64,000 nt of DNA. Origin: Octopus vulgaris (lineage: Eukaryota). Below the pieces are notes generated by a model that did no database searches, was not told the origin of the DNA, and was given only the letters and a program-made list of their open reading frames with translations. The stretch lies in assembly GCA_951406725.2 (NCBI GenBank), contig OX597824.1, positions 98,704,001 to 98,768,000 of the forward strand, in the 5' to 3' direction. Every line of letters begins with the position of its first letter. Within the stretch, counting starts at the first letter, position 1. Position numbers and translations under genes: made by a program. Shown in pieces: positions 29,321-44,369 of the stretch.

Positions 29321-30707
29321 CGATTTTACTGTGTAATATAGTTTTGCATGTCTATCGAAATATGTGTGTGCTGCGATTCTTCAATTAATCATGTCTGGTT
29401 TTATAAAATAGTCACTTGTTCGCATGTATGCATACATGCTAATCTATATAATCATTTATAAGCAAATATTTATAAGCTCACACACACACACACACACACA
29501 TATTTGCATACACGTGTTTTGGTATATGAGTATATGTCTGTATAGAGTGTATGTCTGTATCGAAATAAAGAGAGGCTGAAAACTCTAACGGACATATCCC
29601 CCTATATCCTAAATAAGAGAACTCGATATTATGCAATGAATAACACATATTTTTATAAACTGGAAAGGTCGAATTAGCGTCAAGGGGTTTATTCTGAGAT
29701 GCTTGAGGCCGCAAAATAATTTGTGAGCTTTACTTTTTATTTACAATAAATATAATTTTTTTCTTTTCAGGGGTCATTAAATTGTGGTTGATAAGGCACA
29801 ATATTATTAAGGTTGCGTGTAAAAGAGAGTATGGCCACAATAACATAAGTTTCCATATATTTCATTACCAAGAACATTTGCATTTCCATCTCAATAATTA
29901 AAACAATATGCTTGAATTAGTGAATGTGATAATTAAAAGTTTTCATGGCAAAATATTTTAGTTATTTATATGAGAATCATTCATAGTTTTTAAAGTCAGA
30001 CTAAATAATAAAAAAAAAAGTGAGAAAACCTTATCACAAAACTGACTGAAAAAGTTATAACCTGAGGTTATCTTGTTTGAGTATACAATATCCTAGCTTT
30101 TTATAACTTTGTCAAACTTCTAGAACCTTCGCAAAACAACTTGCCTTCGTCCCCAATCTCTGCAATTTGTCAGACTGCTGCCGCTAGAAGAAGAAGAAGA
30201 AGAAGAAGAAGAAGAAGAAGAAGAAGAAGAAGAAGAAGAAGAAGAAGAAGAAGAAGAAGAAGAAGAAGAAGAAGAAGAAGAAGAAGAAGAAGAAGAAGGA
30301 GGAGGAGGAGGAGGAGGAGGAGGAGGAGATATGAAACTTCTGCTGGAATTTATTCTATAGAGGAAGCAGTTGGATTGTAATAAAGCGAAAATATTTGTTA
30401 ACTTATCGTTGAATTCCGTGACGCAAAGAGCGTCTGTCCGCTGGCAAAGCTTTCTCTTGATGTCGACGCTGGAGTTCGCCAAGGTATTAGCATAATCTCT
30501 CTTAGAAGCTACTACTGCCACCACCACTGCAGCTACTACTAACACCACCACCACTACTACTACTGCTACTGCTGCTGCTGTATTGTAAACGAAACATCGG
30601 TTGGATGGTACTAAATAGACAATATGTTGGAAGAGGCTGAGCAGGAAACATCTGTCAGAAGACATTAAATTGGAAACGAAGCATCTGTTTAGGCAGGCGG
30701 CATCCGT

Positions 30708-30768
<61 letters not shown>

Positions 30769-31185
30769 TGGGTGAGAAAAAGGGAGAATCTAAATCGATT
30801 GAAAAAAAAGTAATAAAAATTTATTATGAAAAGAAATGGGAAAGTTTTGTTGTAGTGAATAGAAGAAGAAGAAGAAGAAGAAGAAGAAGAAGAAGAAGAA
30901 GAAGAAGAAGAAGAAGAAGAAGAAGAAGAAGAAGAAGAAGAAGAAGAAGAAGAAGATGATGATGATGATGATGATATTGGTGGTGGTGGTGATGGTGGTG
31001 GTGACGATGATGATAGCGATTTTTTTCTGCTGACTCCAGGGCAAACTGCCAGGTTTATTTCTGACTTTGTAAGGGACTTCATATAAGTTTTAGTCTTAAT
31101 AGCTTTTATTAGAATTGTTGTTGTTGTTGTTATCAATATTATTTCTGCCGTATTTCTGTTCCCTTTGTATTGAGAAAGCATCAAC

Positions 31186-31263
<78 letters not shown>

Positions 31264-31277
31264 CATCATTATTTTTG

Positions 31278-31923
31278 AGGCAGCGAGCTGGCAAAATTCT
31301 TAGCATTCCGGGCGAAATGCTTCGCAGTATTTCGTCCGTCACCACGTTCTGAGTTCAAATTCCACCGAGGTCGATTTTGCTTTTCATCCTTGCGGGGTCG
31401 ATAAATTAAGTACCAGTGATACACTGAGGCCGATGTATTATTATTATTAAGGCGGTGCACTAGCAGAAACATTACTGCGCCGGACAAAATTTCTGGCAAC
31501 ATTTCTTCCGGCTTACATTCTGAGTTCAAATTCCACCGAGGTCGACCTTGCATTTCATCCTTCGGGGTCGATACAATAAGTACCAGTTGAGGCCAAGGTA
31601 ATCGACTGCTTCCTCCACCTCCTAAAATTGCTGGCTTTGTGCCAAAATTAGAAAGAATTATTATAACTAGCAATTATTATTAACAATTGTTCTTTTTGCT
31701 ACAACCAGAGAGCGGGGTAGTGGGAGGGGGAGGAGGAGGAGGAGGAGGAGGAGGCGGTTAGTTGGTTACATCGAACCCAGTGCAGAACTGGAACTATTTT
31801 ATCAATTTTGAAAGGATGAAAGACAAAATCGACCTCGGCGGTATTTGAACTCAGAACATAAAACTGGAAGAAATGCCGCTAAGCATTTTGTCCGGCGTGC
31901 TAACGATTCCGCCACTCGCTGCC

Positions 31924-31925
<2 letters not shown>
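31278..31925. mobile_element. Cluster of three family-B SINEs (two plus, one minus)
   Basis: ggcggcgagctggcagaa...gagttcaaattcc..cgaggtcga...taagtaccagt consensus. Other copies at 8108-8295, 8368-8560, 37245-37385(-), 39940-40155(-), 40365-40560, 45598-45815 and 47648-47860. Confidence 0.85.
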
Positions 31926-31957
<32 letters not shown>

Positions 31958-33677
31958 TGATGATGATGATGATGATGATGATATCATTGCTATAATTTTT
32001 ATTACCAACTTATCAATATAATTTCTGTTTCTACTGCTACTGCTACTGCTACTACTACTACTACTACTACCACTACTGCTACTGTTTCTGTTGTATTTAT
32101 TACTTTTGCCTGATTATGAGGCATTTTAAATTGGAAAGAGAAGCAATTAGAATGGCCATCTAGGGAATGAAGTGTCGACGGCCAGTAACAGATCATTAAC
32201 ATTTCAACAGTGTGGGTCACATATAGACCTTCCATTGTGTCCCTATGTAAATGACGGCCACTGAACTAGACTTATTAAATCAAGGAAACCAAATTATTTA
32301 AAGTCAGCGAATTATCAGAAAAGTAATTGAATTTGAAAGGAATGATTCGATAGTTGGAAAGAAAAATGGAAACAACAGCATCAAGTTATATGTGAGAGAG
32401 TTTCCTAGATCAATGGTGGATATATAAGCAGTTTGGGGATCATCGTTAATTCGTTCGTGGCTTAGAAATTACCTCTAAATTACATAATCAGCTTATATAA
32501 GAATTACTTGGCTTTCTTTCTCTGTCAGTTATTTATGCGTAGTAGATTATCTGATCGTCTGATAGTAGTGAATTTCCAAGCCACAAGATCACGAACTGTG
32601 GGAAGTGACGCTGCTGACATCTGGCGGCCTTGCATATTTTAGCTGTGGGCGCCATTATGACTTTATATGTAAAGCAAAAAGAAAAAAAAGAAATGAAAGC
32701 AAGTGGGAACAAATGTATTGTTGCATCAAATATTAACTGCAGGATATATTTTTTTCTGTTCTAACCTCGGCCTATCGATTCCAGGGCTGTGAATGTTTCC
32801 GAGTTAATCAAATGTGCAATACAAAGGTCAAACCATCAGTCCGAACATAATCGAAAAAAATAGGTTTTTACTCTGCCAGACATTTCATGAACAAGAAGAA
32901 AATCGTTCAATATTAAGACTTATTGAACAAAAGATCGAAGATTTGCTCATGAACAGGATGACAGGGAGATGAGCGTGGATAGGGCTAAGAAGATGACAAC
33001 AGAGGTATGGCAATAATCGAAGAATCCGATTTTTGAAAGCAATTATCATTTTGTAGATTTATTTTCTTCCACAGAAATATTATTGGAATCTTGACTGGTT
33101 GCAAATATTTTAAATAGATGCAGTACGAATACAGCAGAACCACTGCGGGAACCTCTACATGGCCGCACTCCTATCTGAGATAGAGGCCAAATTTTCCTCC
33201 AATCACACTTTACCATTTTAGAAACGAAGGATACGTTGAATAATGTTTTCTCTGCTAGAAATAGTAGCCAAATCCTCCTCGAATCACATCCTACCGTCTT
33301 AAAATGTGAATGACATTAGAGGTACAACATCTGAAACACTAAGACTGGTTAGTCACGCTTAGAACGTCTTTGATTGTAAGTCCACTCAGTCAGAGCTGAC
33401 CTGAAACCTAACGATAACATACAGCTTGGAGTGAGCTCTCACACGGTGAGCCTCTACCTGCTGTTTTCCATTCCCGAAATATATTGATACCTCTCGTGCC
33501 TTTCACAGGTGGCATGAACATCATATATTCTTGCCACCCAGCCACGCCTACCCCTTCTTTCCTCATAGCCACTATATATATATATATAGCAGGTAGTGAT
33601 GCTTGTTAAGCATCATTACGCTTCGTGCAAATATATAATTCATAGTTATTTAATGCTATTGCGCCTGAGATCCACCT

Positions 33678-33743
33678 ATGTCACTGATGGTGATATCATC
33701 AATTTTAAAATTTATCCACAGATAATATGAACAGTAGTGACAT
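33678..33743 (+). ncRNA. Degenerate hammerhead motif
   Basis: atgtca-CTGATGG-tgatatc...gataatat-GAA-cag-TA-gtgacat, with the same shifted register as 20540. Confidence 0.4.
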
Positions 33744-33773
33744 CTGATTTCAAATCTTAGTGTTTGAATGTTT

Positions 33774-33871
<98 letters not shown>

Positions 33872-34070
33872 AAATTTGGGATTTTACCAATAGAACTGCA
33901 ACTCCTACTTCAGGATAACCTTATTGTATGGAATACACATAGAAAGTTATATCCAATAAAATAATATAAGCATTTAAAAAACCTACTATAAAATACAATA
34001 AAATTATTTAAAAAAATATATTTAACTTACCAGTTATTTGTCTGTGGGGAAAGAAGGTATTTTTAATCAA

Positions 34071-34151
34071 CGCTACACGTGTTTCTGCGCTGGTGGTATG
34101 TTTATCCAGGCTATACTTAATACATAAAATCCACCAGTGCGTCCTCAAGCT
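34071..34151 (-). ncRNA. Hammerhead motif (C3U variant)
   Basis: Minus strand reads gc-TTGAGGA-cgcactggtgg...ccaccagcgca-GAAA-cacgtg-TA-gc. Confidence 0.65.
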
Positions 34152-35602
34152 ATTTATCTTATTGTTATTATTATTAATGCATCAAAGTTAAAAATACATA
34201 TTATAAGTCATATTAAATAGAAAAATAAGAATATGAGTAAAACTATAATAAAAATATATAAATTACAAATATATCTTTAAAAATTAAAAATTAAGAAAAT
34301 TTTTAAAATATTTCAAAGTTACTTGGTTGTAGCATTTGTCACTTTGATTAGCGAAACTCCGAGCGACATAAGACGAAACCCTCATCTTCAAATACTTATA
34401 TAAACTCAACTTTATGTAGCGTACTTTGTTGATTGTAAATTCAAACACACCTACACACATACATATACACACACACACTGACATTCACACCTACACACAT
34501 ACACATACACCCCTCCTCCTTTCTTAATTCACTCCCATAGAACTACATTCCCACCGGGTTCCTAACCTGTCGTCCATTTTTATTTCTCTTCCCCAATGTT
34601 TTTCTCTTTATTCTGATGAATGACTAACATCCGAAATGTCATAGACTCTTTCGCAATATTAGTGTGTATAGTTTACTTAGTTTATCAACACAATTTTGCA
34701 TGGGGCGGGGTGGTGTGTATGTAAAACTTCTCTGAATTTAACAAAGGAGAAAGTTGTATTTCCGATTAGTCTTGTTCTCTCCTTCTTCCATTGTTTATGG
34801 TTGAACAGTGGAATTGGAACTGGGCATCGATGAAACTTTCGAAATCAAATTAGTTTCTGTATCAATGACAAACAAAATAGTCAGTAATTAATAATTAACA
34901 TCTGATTGCTGATAAAACAAACAAACAAAAGAATAATGGAGAAACGGAAATTATATTTCAAAAGAAATTTTTGGATTTTTTTTTTTTTTTTTGTGAATTT
35001 CGCCAATTAAATTAGTTTTTGTTGTGGTGGTTGTCGTCCCAACTCTCATTAGCATTTCATTCATGTTGAAATAAATATGGACGCAATGAGGTCAGCAATA
35101 AAAACAACATCAAAAAACACTACTAATGCTGCTACTTCTACTACTACTACTACTACCAAACATCGTAGTAGCTACTATCAAACATCGTAAATTTATCAAA
35201 AAAAATCTCCATTTGGTTTCTTTTTTGGCGACACCTGATGCGTTTTTTTGTACGAGTAGTTACTATTTCTAGAATATGGAGACAAACATCTGAGAAAAAC
35301 AAGCAGCGCCAGTCAGCAGAATTGACGTGGGACAAAAGTGTTTTTCTATGGTTCATGAAATGAGATTTTGATATTGTTTTTTTATATTGTTTTATATGTA
35401 GTATATACTACAATTTTGTCTTATATACAATATAATACAATATTGTATATTGTATGTATATATATGTATGTATATATTGTATGCATATATATGTAAGTAT
35501 CTATGTATGTGTGTATAACATATATGTCTGTGTGTATATATATATGTATATATATATATACATATAAATATATGTGTGTATATATATATTTATATATATA
35601 TA

Positions 35603-35671
<69 letters not shown>

Positions 35672-35690
35672 GTATATATATATACATATA

Positions 35691-35752
<62 letters not shown>

Positions 35753-37916
35753 TACATATATATACATACACATAAAAGAATATAAGGATAAAAATCGCGT
35801 TAATGATTTTCATAAAGTAGTCAGCATACTATGATAATATATAGACAATTAATGCATTAAATTAATAATAATGTACATGTGTATATAATTTTCGCCCTAG
35901 CTCCCTTGATATATATACAGATATTGCTTCAGTATGACCAAAATCCCAATAAGATGAGGATATTATTGGTAAAGTATCGAACAAAAGAGAGACTGTAGAT
36001 GACAAAATTCATGAAGTGCCGGACAAGAGAATCAAAAGAGGAGACAGAGTGGGAATTGCCGGATTAAACATATTTAGTTATTTCTGTTTTCACTATAAGT
36101 TCAAATGCTGTCAGAGTAGAATTAGTTTTATAGTAACAGTGGCGGAGGGTTAAATATGGAACGGTCAATTACTAAGTTGGGTTTAGTTGATCTATTGATT
36201 CCTTCAGCCAACACCTCTACCGCTAGGATTCCTACCATCACTCCTGCCATCTCATCCACGACCACCACTACCACCGCCACCACAATTACCACCATCACTA
36301 CCCACCATCCTATATTGTATAGTTTTGTGGTGAATAATAATATTGTGTTTAAAATGAGATTGATGGATGGTGGGATGTATCGATTGATTAGTGTTATTTA
36401 TCATCCCTTTGTGAGTTCGATACCCAGTAGAGTAGATTTTGTCTTTTATCCTTTCAACGTCATCATGATTATCTTCTATCAACCATAGCCAAACCAGGGA
36501 CCAAGAGATCCTCTCCACGACCTTTCAGCCGCCCTGAGATATCATCTAATTCCATATGGAATCAGCCGTATCTCCCCTTAGTTATAGCCTAATGTCTTAA
36601 CAAAAGAGAATGAAACATAGTCCTATAATCCAAGATAAACTGTGCCAGAACGAAAATGCGAGTGGCCTTGTCATGATCAGGATTAACTTGGTGAGGTACT
36701 GACTAACACCACAAATCAAAATGCCAACATTGGGCAAATATATCTCTAGATACACTATGCCTGTGTGAGTAAAACGGAATGGTTACGGCTGAACCACCTG
36801 TGAACATAAGTTTTCAAGATCAAAACTGCTGACCGGCAGAAAGCTAGCACTCTAAACTCAGTTCTGCTCTGTTGGTTTCTAGCATTTAGGGAAAGTACAG
36901 TCAATTAGATCATCCCCCAGTAGGTGACTGGTACTTTATCCACTCCAAAATGATGAAAGGCAAAGTAAACTACTCCAGCTCCGATTTAAACTCAGAAAGA
37001 ATGAAAATCCTTCTGAGTCAGCTTTGCTTTTACCGTTCTGTAATATTGATTATTTCGTTAACTCGTGATATTGAGTTCAATTCCACCCATGGACAGCAGG
37101 GGTATTGTGTACAACAGAGCACATCTCCATAACTGACGATCTGTTGCTGGATACGTCTGACCCTCAACAGTGAAGTAATCCTTTCGTAAATATTTAAAAG
37201 ACATCGAAGATAGAAAAGATATATTTCGATAGAAACACAATTTTTTCTTTTCTACTCTAGCTAGGCACAAGGCCCGAAATTTTTTTGGGGGGGCCAATCG
37301 ATTAGATCGAACCCATTACGCAACTGGTATTTAATTTATCGGCCCCGAAAGGATGAAAGGCAAAGTCGTCCTCGGCGGAATTTGAAGAAATATATTATTT
37401 CTAACTGAAAAATGGAGAAATAAATGAAAGACTTGCATTTTCTTTTATTTATTTCTTTTCTCGGTTAAACTCAACGTTAAATATTTAAACAATTTAATAT
37501 AAAAGTGATTTAATTAGTTGTCTTTTCTATATGGGAGTGAAGCCATAATGTAACTCCGACGCGGAGTCAGTGTGGCACAGTGGCACAAGACTGCACTTTT
37601 GAATTACACGTACAATGCATTCAATGGGCTTCTATACGGCTTCCGCCTGTCCAGGTATGCGTCGACGCGAGGCCGTCGTGAAAAACCTTTTACTACCAAC
37701 ATGCCACGCAACAGGGTCGAAGTTGGGACCTCGTCGTTGTGAAGCAAACTTCTCAACGATTCGAGCAAGCGTTGATACACAGGCGGTCGCATGTATTGTT
37801 GACGAAGTCCCATTAGACCAAGAAAGTTCTAAATGGAATTGGGCTGTCTCCAAACATAATATTTCTTTTAAATGAAACTGGGTTTATAAAGTTCAAAGAG
37901 AGAGAGAGAGAGAGGC

Positions 37917-38026
<110 letters not shown>

Positions 38027-38768
38027 GAAGGCAGAGAGAGAGTAGGGAGGTTAAAATAACAAATAAGCGAAATATTTTGAAAATATAATTGAAGAAAGGA
38101 AAAAAGGAAGAAAGAAACAAGCAAACAAACAAACAAACAAATGAAAAATAAATGAAATTAAGAAAGAAAGAAAAATTGAATAAAAAAAAACTCTGATAGA
38201 ATAAATGAAAGGAATCAAGGAAAATGTGTTATTAGAATGTTTTGTTTTGATGATATTGATATTAGAGTGAAAAGTAGTTTTATATTATTTCTTCGGAACC
38301 AAACAGCAGACGATACATTTCCGTCATCTCTCGTATATTTCCGCTGTCCTCTCCATATTAACGTTTGGCTGTACAAGTCCAACCACAAAATGGTGTTAGT
38401 GAATATGTTGACATCTGTTCTATTTACAGATGTCTGTTGTCGTTGCATTTATTATCGTGGGCCATTTTAGAGTCGGTATTTTACTGTTTTTGCTCTATGG
38501 TTCTTAGAAACCAAACTCGTACTTGGGAGTAAATCAAGGGTAGGTGTTTTGCATCTGAAATATCGGCAAAACTCCATAGACCTTCTCTCAACGGGACAAA
38601 GTTGTTCGTGGGCAGCTTACCCGGGGTGTAAACAGTAATATCCCTTGCGGTACTTTTAAAGTAGATGAAGTCAGTTAAGGGACAAAATATATATATATGC
38701 GTGGCTGTGTGGTTCCGGGTTCAGTCCCAATGCGTGTATATGTGCTTACTGAGATAGACATAGATAGG

Positions 38769-38835
<67 letters not shown>

Positions 38836-38989
38836 GAAGGTAGGTAGGTAGGTAGGTAGGTAGGTAGGTATATGTCAATACAAGAATACTCATATGCGCA
38901 TGCGCGCACACATATATACATATGTAGACTACAACCACCAAATCTGTTTGGATTCGAGTTTTTTTTTATCTATACACACACAAATATAA

Positions 38990-39037
<48 letters not shown>

Positions 39038-39128
39038 AGCACACACAACACATATATACGTGGTGCATCAATGCATGTATACATGCATATATTACAGACA
39101 CGCACACACATATATATGTTTATGGAAA

Positions 39129-39173
<45 letters not shown>

Positions 39174-39228
39174 GAGCGAGAGAGATTTGTGTAACGTTGC
39201 ACTCCTTGTCTATCTTGAACTACAAGCT

Positions 39229-39259
<31 letters not shown>

Positions 39260-39318
39260 TAATAATAATAATGATAATAATAATAATAATAATAACAATA
39301 ATAATAATAATAATAATG

Positions 39319-39379
<61 letters not shown>

Positions 39380-41259
39380 TAATAATAATGATAATAATAA
39401 TAATATAAGCAATAGAGGATGTTATTGTCTCCACTTGGTTAAATCATGTTGAAGAAGTAGCGATAGACATTTAGCCTCTCTTACGATAAACAAGACGGTT
39501 TGTTAAGTGATTTCAACGCTGGAAGGCCATTTAAAATATCACGACTGTTAAGTCACGTTGTTCGGTCTTCCATCTCTTTTATTAGTTGCAAGTCAATGTC
39601 GGTGTAGTTTTATTGGAAACAAGGGAGAAATAAGTGAGGAAATCCTAGTTGTGTTACCAATATGGCTTTATTACATTTAAAATTGATTATCCGGAAACGT
39701 TTTCAGGATTACACCTTGTGGTCAGATTGAGTTTTCTCACAAATTCTTATGAGAAAAACGAAACACCGCAGTTACATTCTTCGTTCGCTTTATTCCAAGA
39801 CCAGACATGAAAACGGTTTAACCTTCTTACCTGACCAACTGATTATAATCGCGTGCTGTGTTTATTCCGACGATCAACTGCCAACTCCGGTGTATTACCT
39901 GTGGAATATGTTGGGACGATTACTAAATAGAGGATAAGATTGGTTTCGAATTTTGGTAAAAGACCAGTAATTCAGAAAGAGGGGTTAAGTCGATTACATC
40001 GACCCCAGTGCTCAACTGGTCCTTAATTTATCGATACAGAAGGGATGAATAGCAACGTCGGACTGGCTGAAAATTGAACTGAGAGCGTAAAGACGGGAAA
40101 AATGCCGCAAAGTATTTTGTCCGGCGAGCTAACCACTCTGCCAGCTCGCCACCTTAAAATAGCGTAAAAGGTTGCTAAATATTATCCTGTAATGCTCCAC
40201 CGAGGCGGGATTCCGTTGGTGTGTGGTAAGAACCATTGTGTCCGGCTTCGATGTTATGGAAAGGCAGCAAAGCAGTAGTTTGTGAAGTGGAGAGTCCGAG
40301 GATGTATGAAAATAGAATAGATTATAACTACGCAGAGCTTATTACTATGGTAACAGAGAATTAGGGGACGAGCTGGTGGAAGGGTTATCAAACGCTTGGC
40401 GGCATTTTGCCCGCCTTTGCGTTCTAAGTTCAAATGCCGCTGCGATCGACTTTACTTTTTATCCTTCCGAGATCAACAAAATAAGCACCAGCTGAGCCCG
40501 GGGGGAGGCGATGAGACCCACTCCGCAAAATTTCAGCCTTTTTTGCATCTAGTATAAAGGATTATTTTTATTTCGAGTAATAGTATGTATTTTCGTGCGG
40601 TGAACAAGGGCCATGCCCGTAGCCTTCTGCAGACAAGCGATAATGATAGACGGGTAGAGTTAAGTGATTAGGATGCCTTTGAAAACGTCTTGAGTGGATT
40701 AGAGAGGACAGGATTTGAACTCAGAGCAGAAGCTTAACTAAATATTCTTAAATTATTCTGTACATTACAAAAAATGTGCATCACCATGGTACCTATATAC
40801 ATAATCTAGAATGATGCATCTAAGTAATGTTGTTTCCTGAAGACATTGCTCAGTGGCAACAACTAGATTCGAAGAAGAGAGAACTTTCGCATGCAATTAT
40901 TTCAAGGAATTGGTCGGATAAGGAAGGGAATGGGGTGGAGGGTAAAGAGGAGAGGAGGTGAGAGAGAGAGAGAGAAAATGAAGGGAGGCGGTAGTAGATA
41001 TGAGAGGGAAAGAAAAGTATTGGTAGAGAGTGGGAAGTAGAGAGAGTGAGAGGGAGGGAAGGAGTATAACAATGAAAGGGTCACACACACACACACACAT
41101 AGTTAGAGATAGGTACGAATGCGATTAATGCACGCATTCATGTGTTTGTATAATTGATAGGTGGATAGAGAGAAGTATAATTAAATCGTTAGATGGATGG
41201 ATATATGGAAAGGTAAGTAGAGAGATAGAAAGAGCGAAGGCTAAGGAGGTAGGTAGATA

Positions 41260-41337
<78 letters not shown>

Positions 41338-41476
41338 TGGATAGATAGGGAGATAGATCATTTAACATCAAAAGAGATTATTTAATCTGTCACGCAACAA
41401 AAATCTTCTTATTTCATGTTTTGTAGAATAACGAGATTTTTTTTTCTGTTTATGTATTGAAACCTTTAGCATTCTG

Positions 41477-41509
<33 letters not shown>

Positions 41510-41600
41510 ATATATGGCGTGCGTTTACTAGTGCGTGCTTTTGTATATATATTGTTGCACTTTTACAATGTACCCGTGCGCGCGCGCCTCTGTGTATGTA

Positions 41601-41670
<70 letters not shown>

Positions 41671-41856
41671 TGCGCTTGTTTATATAAATGTCTGTCAATG
41701 GTTCTTTTTCCCTGTTTGTTTGAAAGAAATGAATAACCTGAATCGTTCTTGAATTCAGATGAGAATTAAATTGGAAATATCAAATACGTGTGGAGTGGAA
41801 TCAATGCCGCACATATACATACACACACATAATACGTGCAAGCATGCATGCATACG

Positions 41857-41933
<77 letters not shown>

Positions 41934-43906
41934 TCATAATTATACATATCTATATATAAATTGATATATATGATTATGTATATATGTGTGCATATAGATG
42001 TAAATATATATTATATTTTATATGCATGAACAGACATGTACGCATGCATATAAACATATATGTGCGTATATATGTATATATGTATGCATTTATGTATGTA
42101 TATAATTAGTGAAGAAAACTTATCGACGAACGCATTTCAATCCATTAAAAGTCGATATCGAGATAAGGAAGAAGAAAGAAACAAAAATTGTGAATGTTAT
42201 TTGATAATTCTAATTCAGTTTTGAAGTTGTAGTGTGTGTGTGCGCCTAAGATATATATATACACCTGTTATGCTACTGGCTCTCCATAATACGTCCATTT
42301 TATCTCTATATTATATTATTACATTTATATAAATTTACTCAGGAGGTTACAACCGAATACAACATTAACGTAACCCAGTTTATTTAAACATATCATTGCA
42401 ATGCGAAGATGAAATAAGCTGCCACGATCGCCGAAAGCCTCCATGGTATTCACAAACACTTTAGTTTTGCAGATAATCATGGCTTCCCTTACTTAACGCC
42501 GAAATAGAAGTCTTCTATTTGTATCTTCAACTTTTGTGATACCCAAATTAATCTCTGCAAACACTTAAAGAAGTTACTCACTCGTTGAGAAAATCCCAAC
42601 ACAATACTGAAACTAATTTAGTTGATCCCTCTTTTTATTTCCCCGAAAATATTCTGTATAAAGACAAAGTTTTTATCAGTCTCTTGTATACAGTATTGGT
42701 TAGCCAATCACCAATCTTCTTTACTGCGCGTAAACAAGAAGAAAACCCCTTAGTCAGCTAACCATATCTGGTTCTTGGCAGCCAACCATACACCATACAC
42801 TGTCACATGAAGTATTGTAGGATTCCCCAGCCACATGTTAATGGTCAAGGAGGGGTAGGCTTTGTATAGCTGAAAGAACTTATATCCTTTGTAAATCTAA
42901 GAATTCTGCCAACCTACTTAATTTTAGACCCGACATTTTTTACTAAATACAAGCATCTGAATAAGTTTCTATTATTGAACTGGAGAATATCACCTTTACC
43001 AGATTAAAAACACAGTCTCACAAATTTTAAACCTTCCCTGCCGAATTAACCCAACCAACCATTACTAACTCCCGTCCAAATGGACCAAGGGGACACCACT
43101 CTTATTTCGCTCTCCTACATGCTTTCATTCGCGTTTCTTTTTAATTTCTTTTTCTTTCATTTGTTCTTGTTTTTTCTCAGAGAGCAATCATGTATTTTGA
43201 ACATGAATGGTTGCCCAATAGTACATAGGACGCAATGCAAGCTCGTCCGACCATTGTAGTAGCAGAAGCGAGAAAATTATAGTAGCTTGAATTGAAATAC
43301 AGTGTATATTAAAATATATTTATTTCTCAGAGGGTGGGGTACCTTTTTTTTTGTTCCCATCAATAACGGAACAGTACATTATACATAGAACATAGACGAA
43401 GCTTTAGAGTGATATACAAGCACTCAAGCACACGAGTGCCTTGCATCTTAAATGGAAGTGGTCGTGTCTGTCAGTCACGAGAGTTGGTTGTTCTGATGTA
43501 ATGAAACTAGAGATAGCCAGACATGTCCCAATATCAAAGTAAACCTGATGGTCATTGTCAGAACGTCTTGTATATTTGTTATAGATACTGAATACTATTT
43601 AAGAAACACAATAAATAACTTGACTGTTGCTATGTGAGGTTAAATGTTCACGTCAAAGAACATGTTGATAAACCAAATATGGACTTTTAATGATTTCATA
43701 GCAGGTTGACTCAGTCTACATTACTTAGAGTTTCGTAGGCGTAGACACCTGTCCTCATCCATAGACCCATAAGTATATGGAGTTATATGCATACACATAT
43801 GTGTGTGTTTGTGTAAGTGACAGGCAGAAACAAGCAAATGCCCCTTCTATTTGAATACTATGCAGATATTCTTTTAAAATACTTTCCATTTCATTTTTCC
43901 AAAATT

Positions 43907-43996
43907 TAATTGTTTTCCATACTTACAGTTGAAAATGCTAAAATAATTTTATAAAATCATTGAGACTTTTTCAACTGTAAGTATGGAAAACAATTA
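43907..43996. repeat. Perfect 29-bp inverted repeat abutting (TA)n
   Basis: taattgttttccatacttacagttgaaaa ... ttttcaactgtaagtatggaaaacaatta, followed by (TA)n. Confidence 0.8.
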
Positions 43997-44004
43997 TATA
44001 TATA

Positions 44005-44115
<111 letters not shown>

Positions 44116-44167
44116 TATATTATATTATATATATATATATAATATAATATATATATATATATTTATA

Positions 44168-44329
44168 GGCGTGGGAGTGGCTGTGTGGTAAGTAGCTTGC
44201 TTACCAACAACATGGTTCCGAGTTCAGTCCCACTGCATGGCACCTTGAGCAAGTGTCTTCTACTATAGCATCGGGCCGACCAAAGCCTTGTGAATGGATT
44301 TGGTAGATGGAAACTGAAAGAAGCCCATC

Positions 44330-44369
<40 letters not shown>

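Noticed and set aside
44168-44240. tRNA-like A/B boxes
   Set aside because: SINE head with no complete cloverleaf, so not a tRNA gene.
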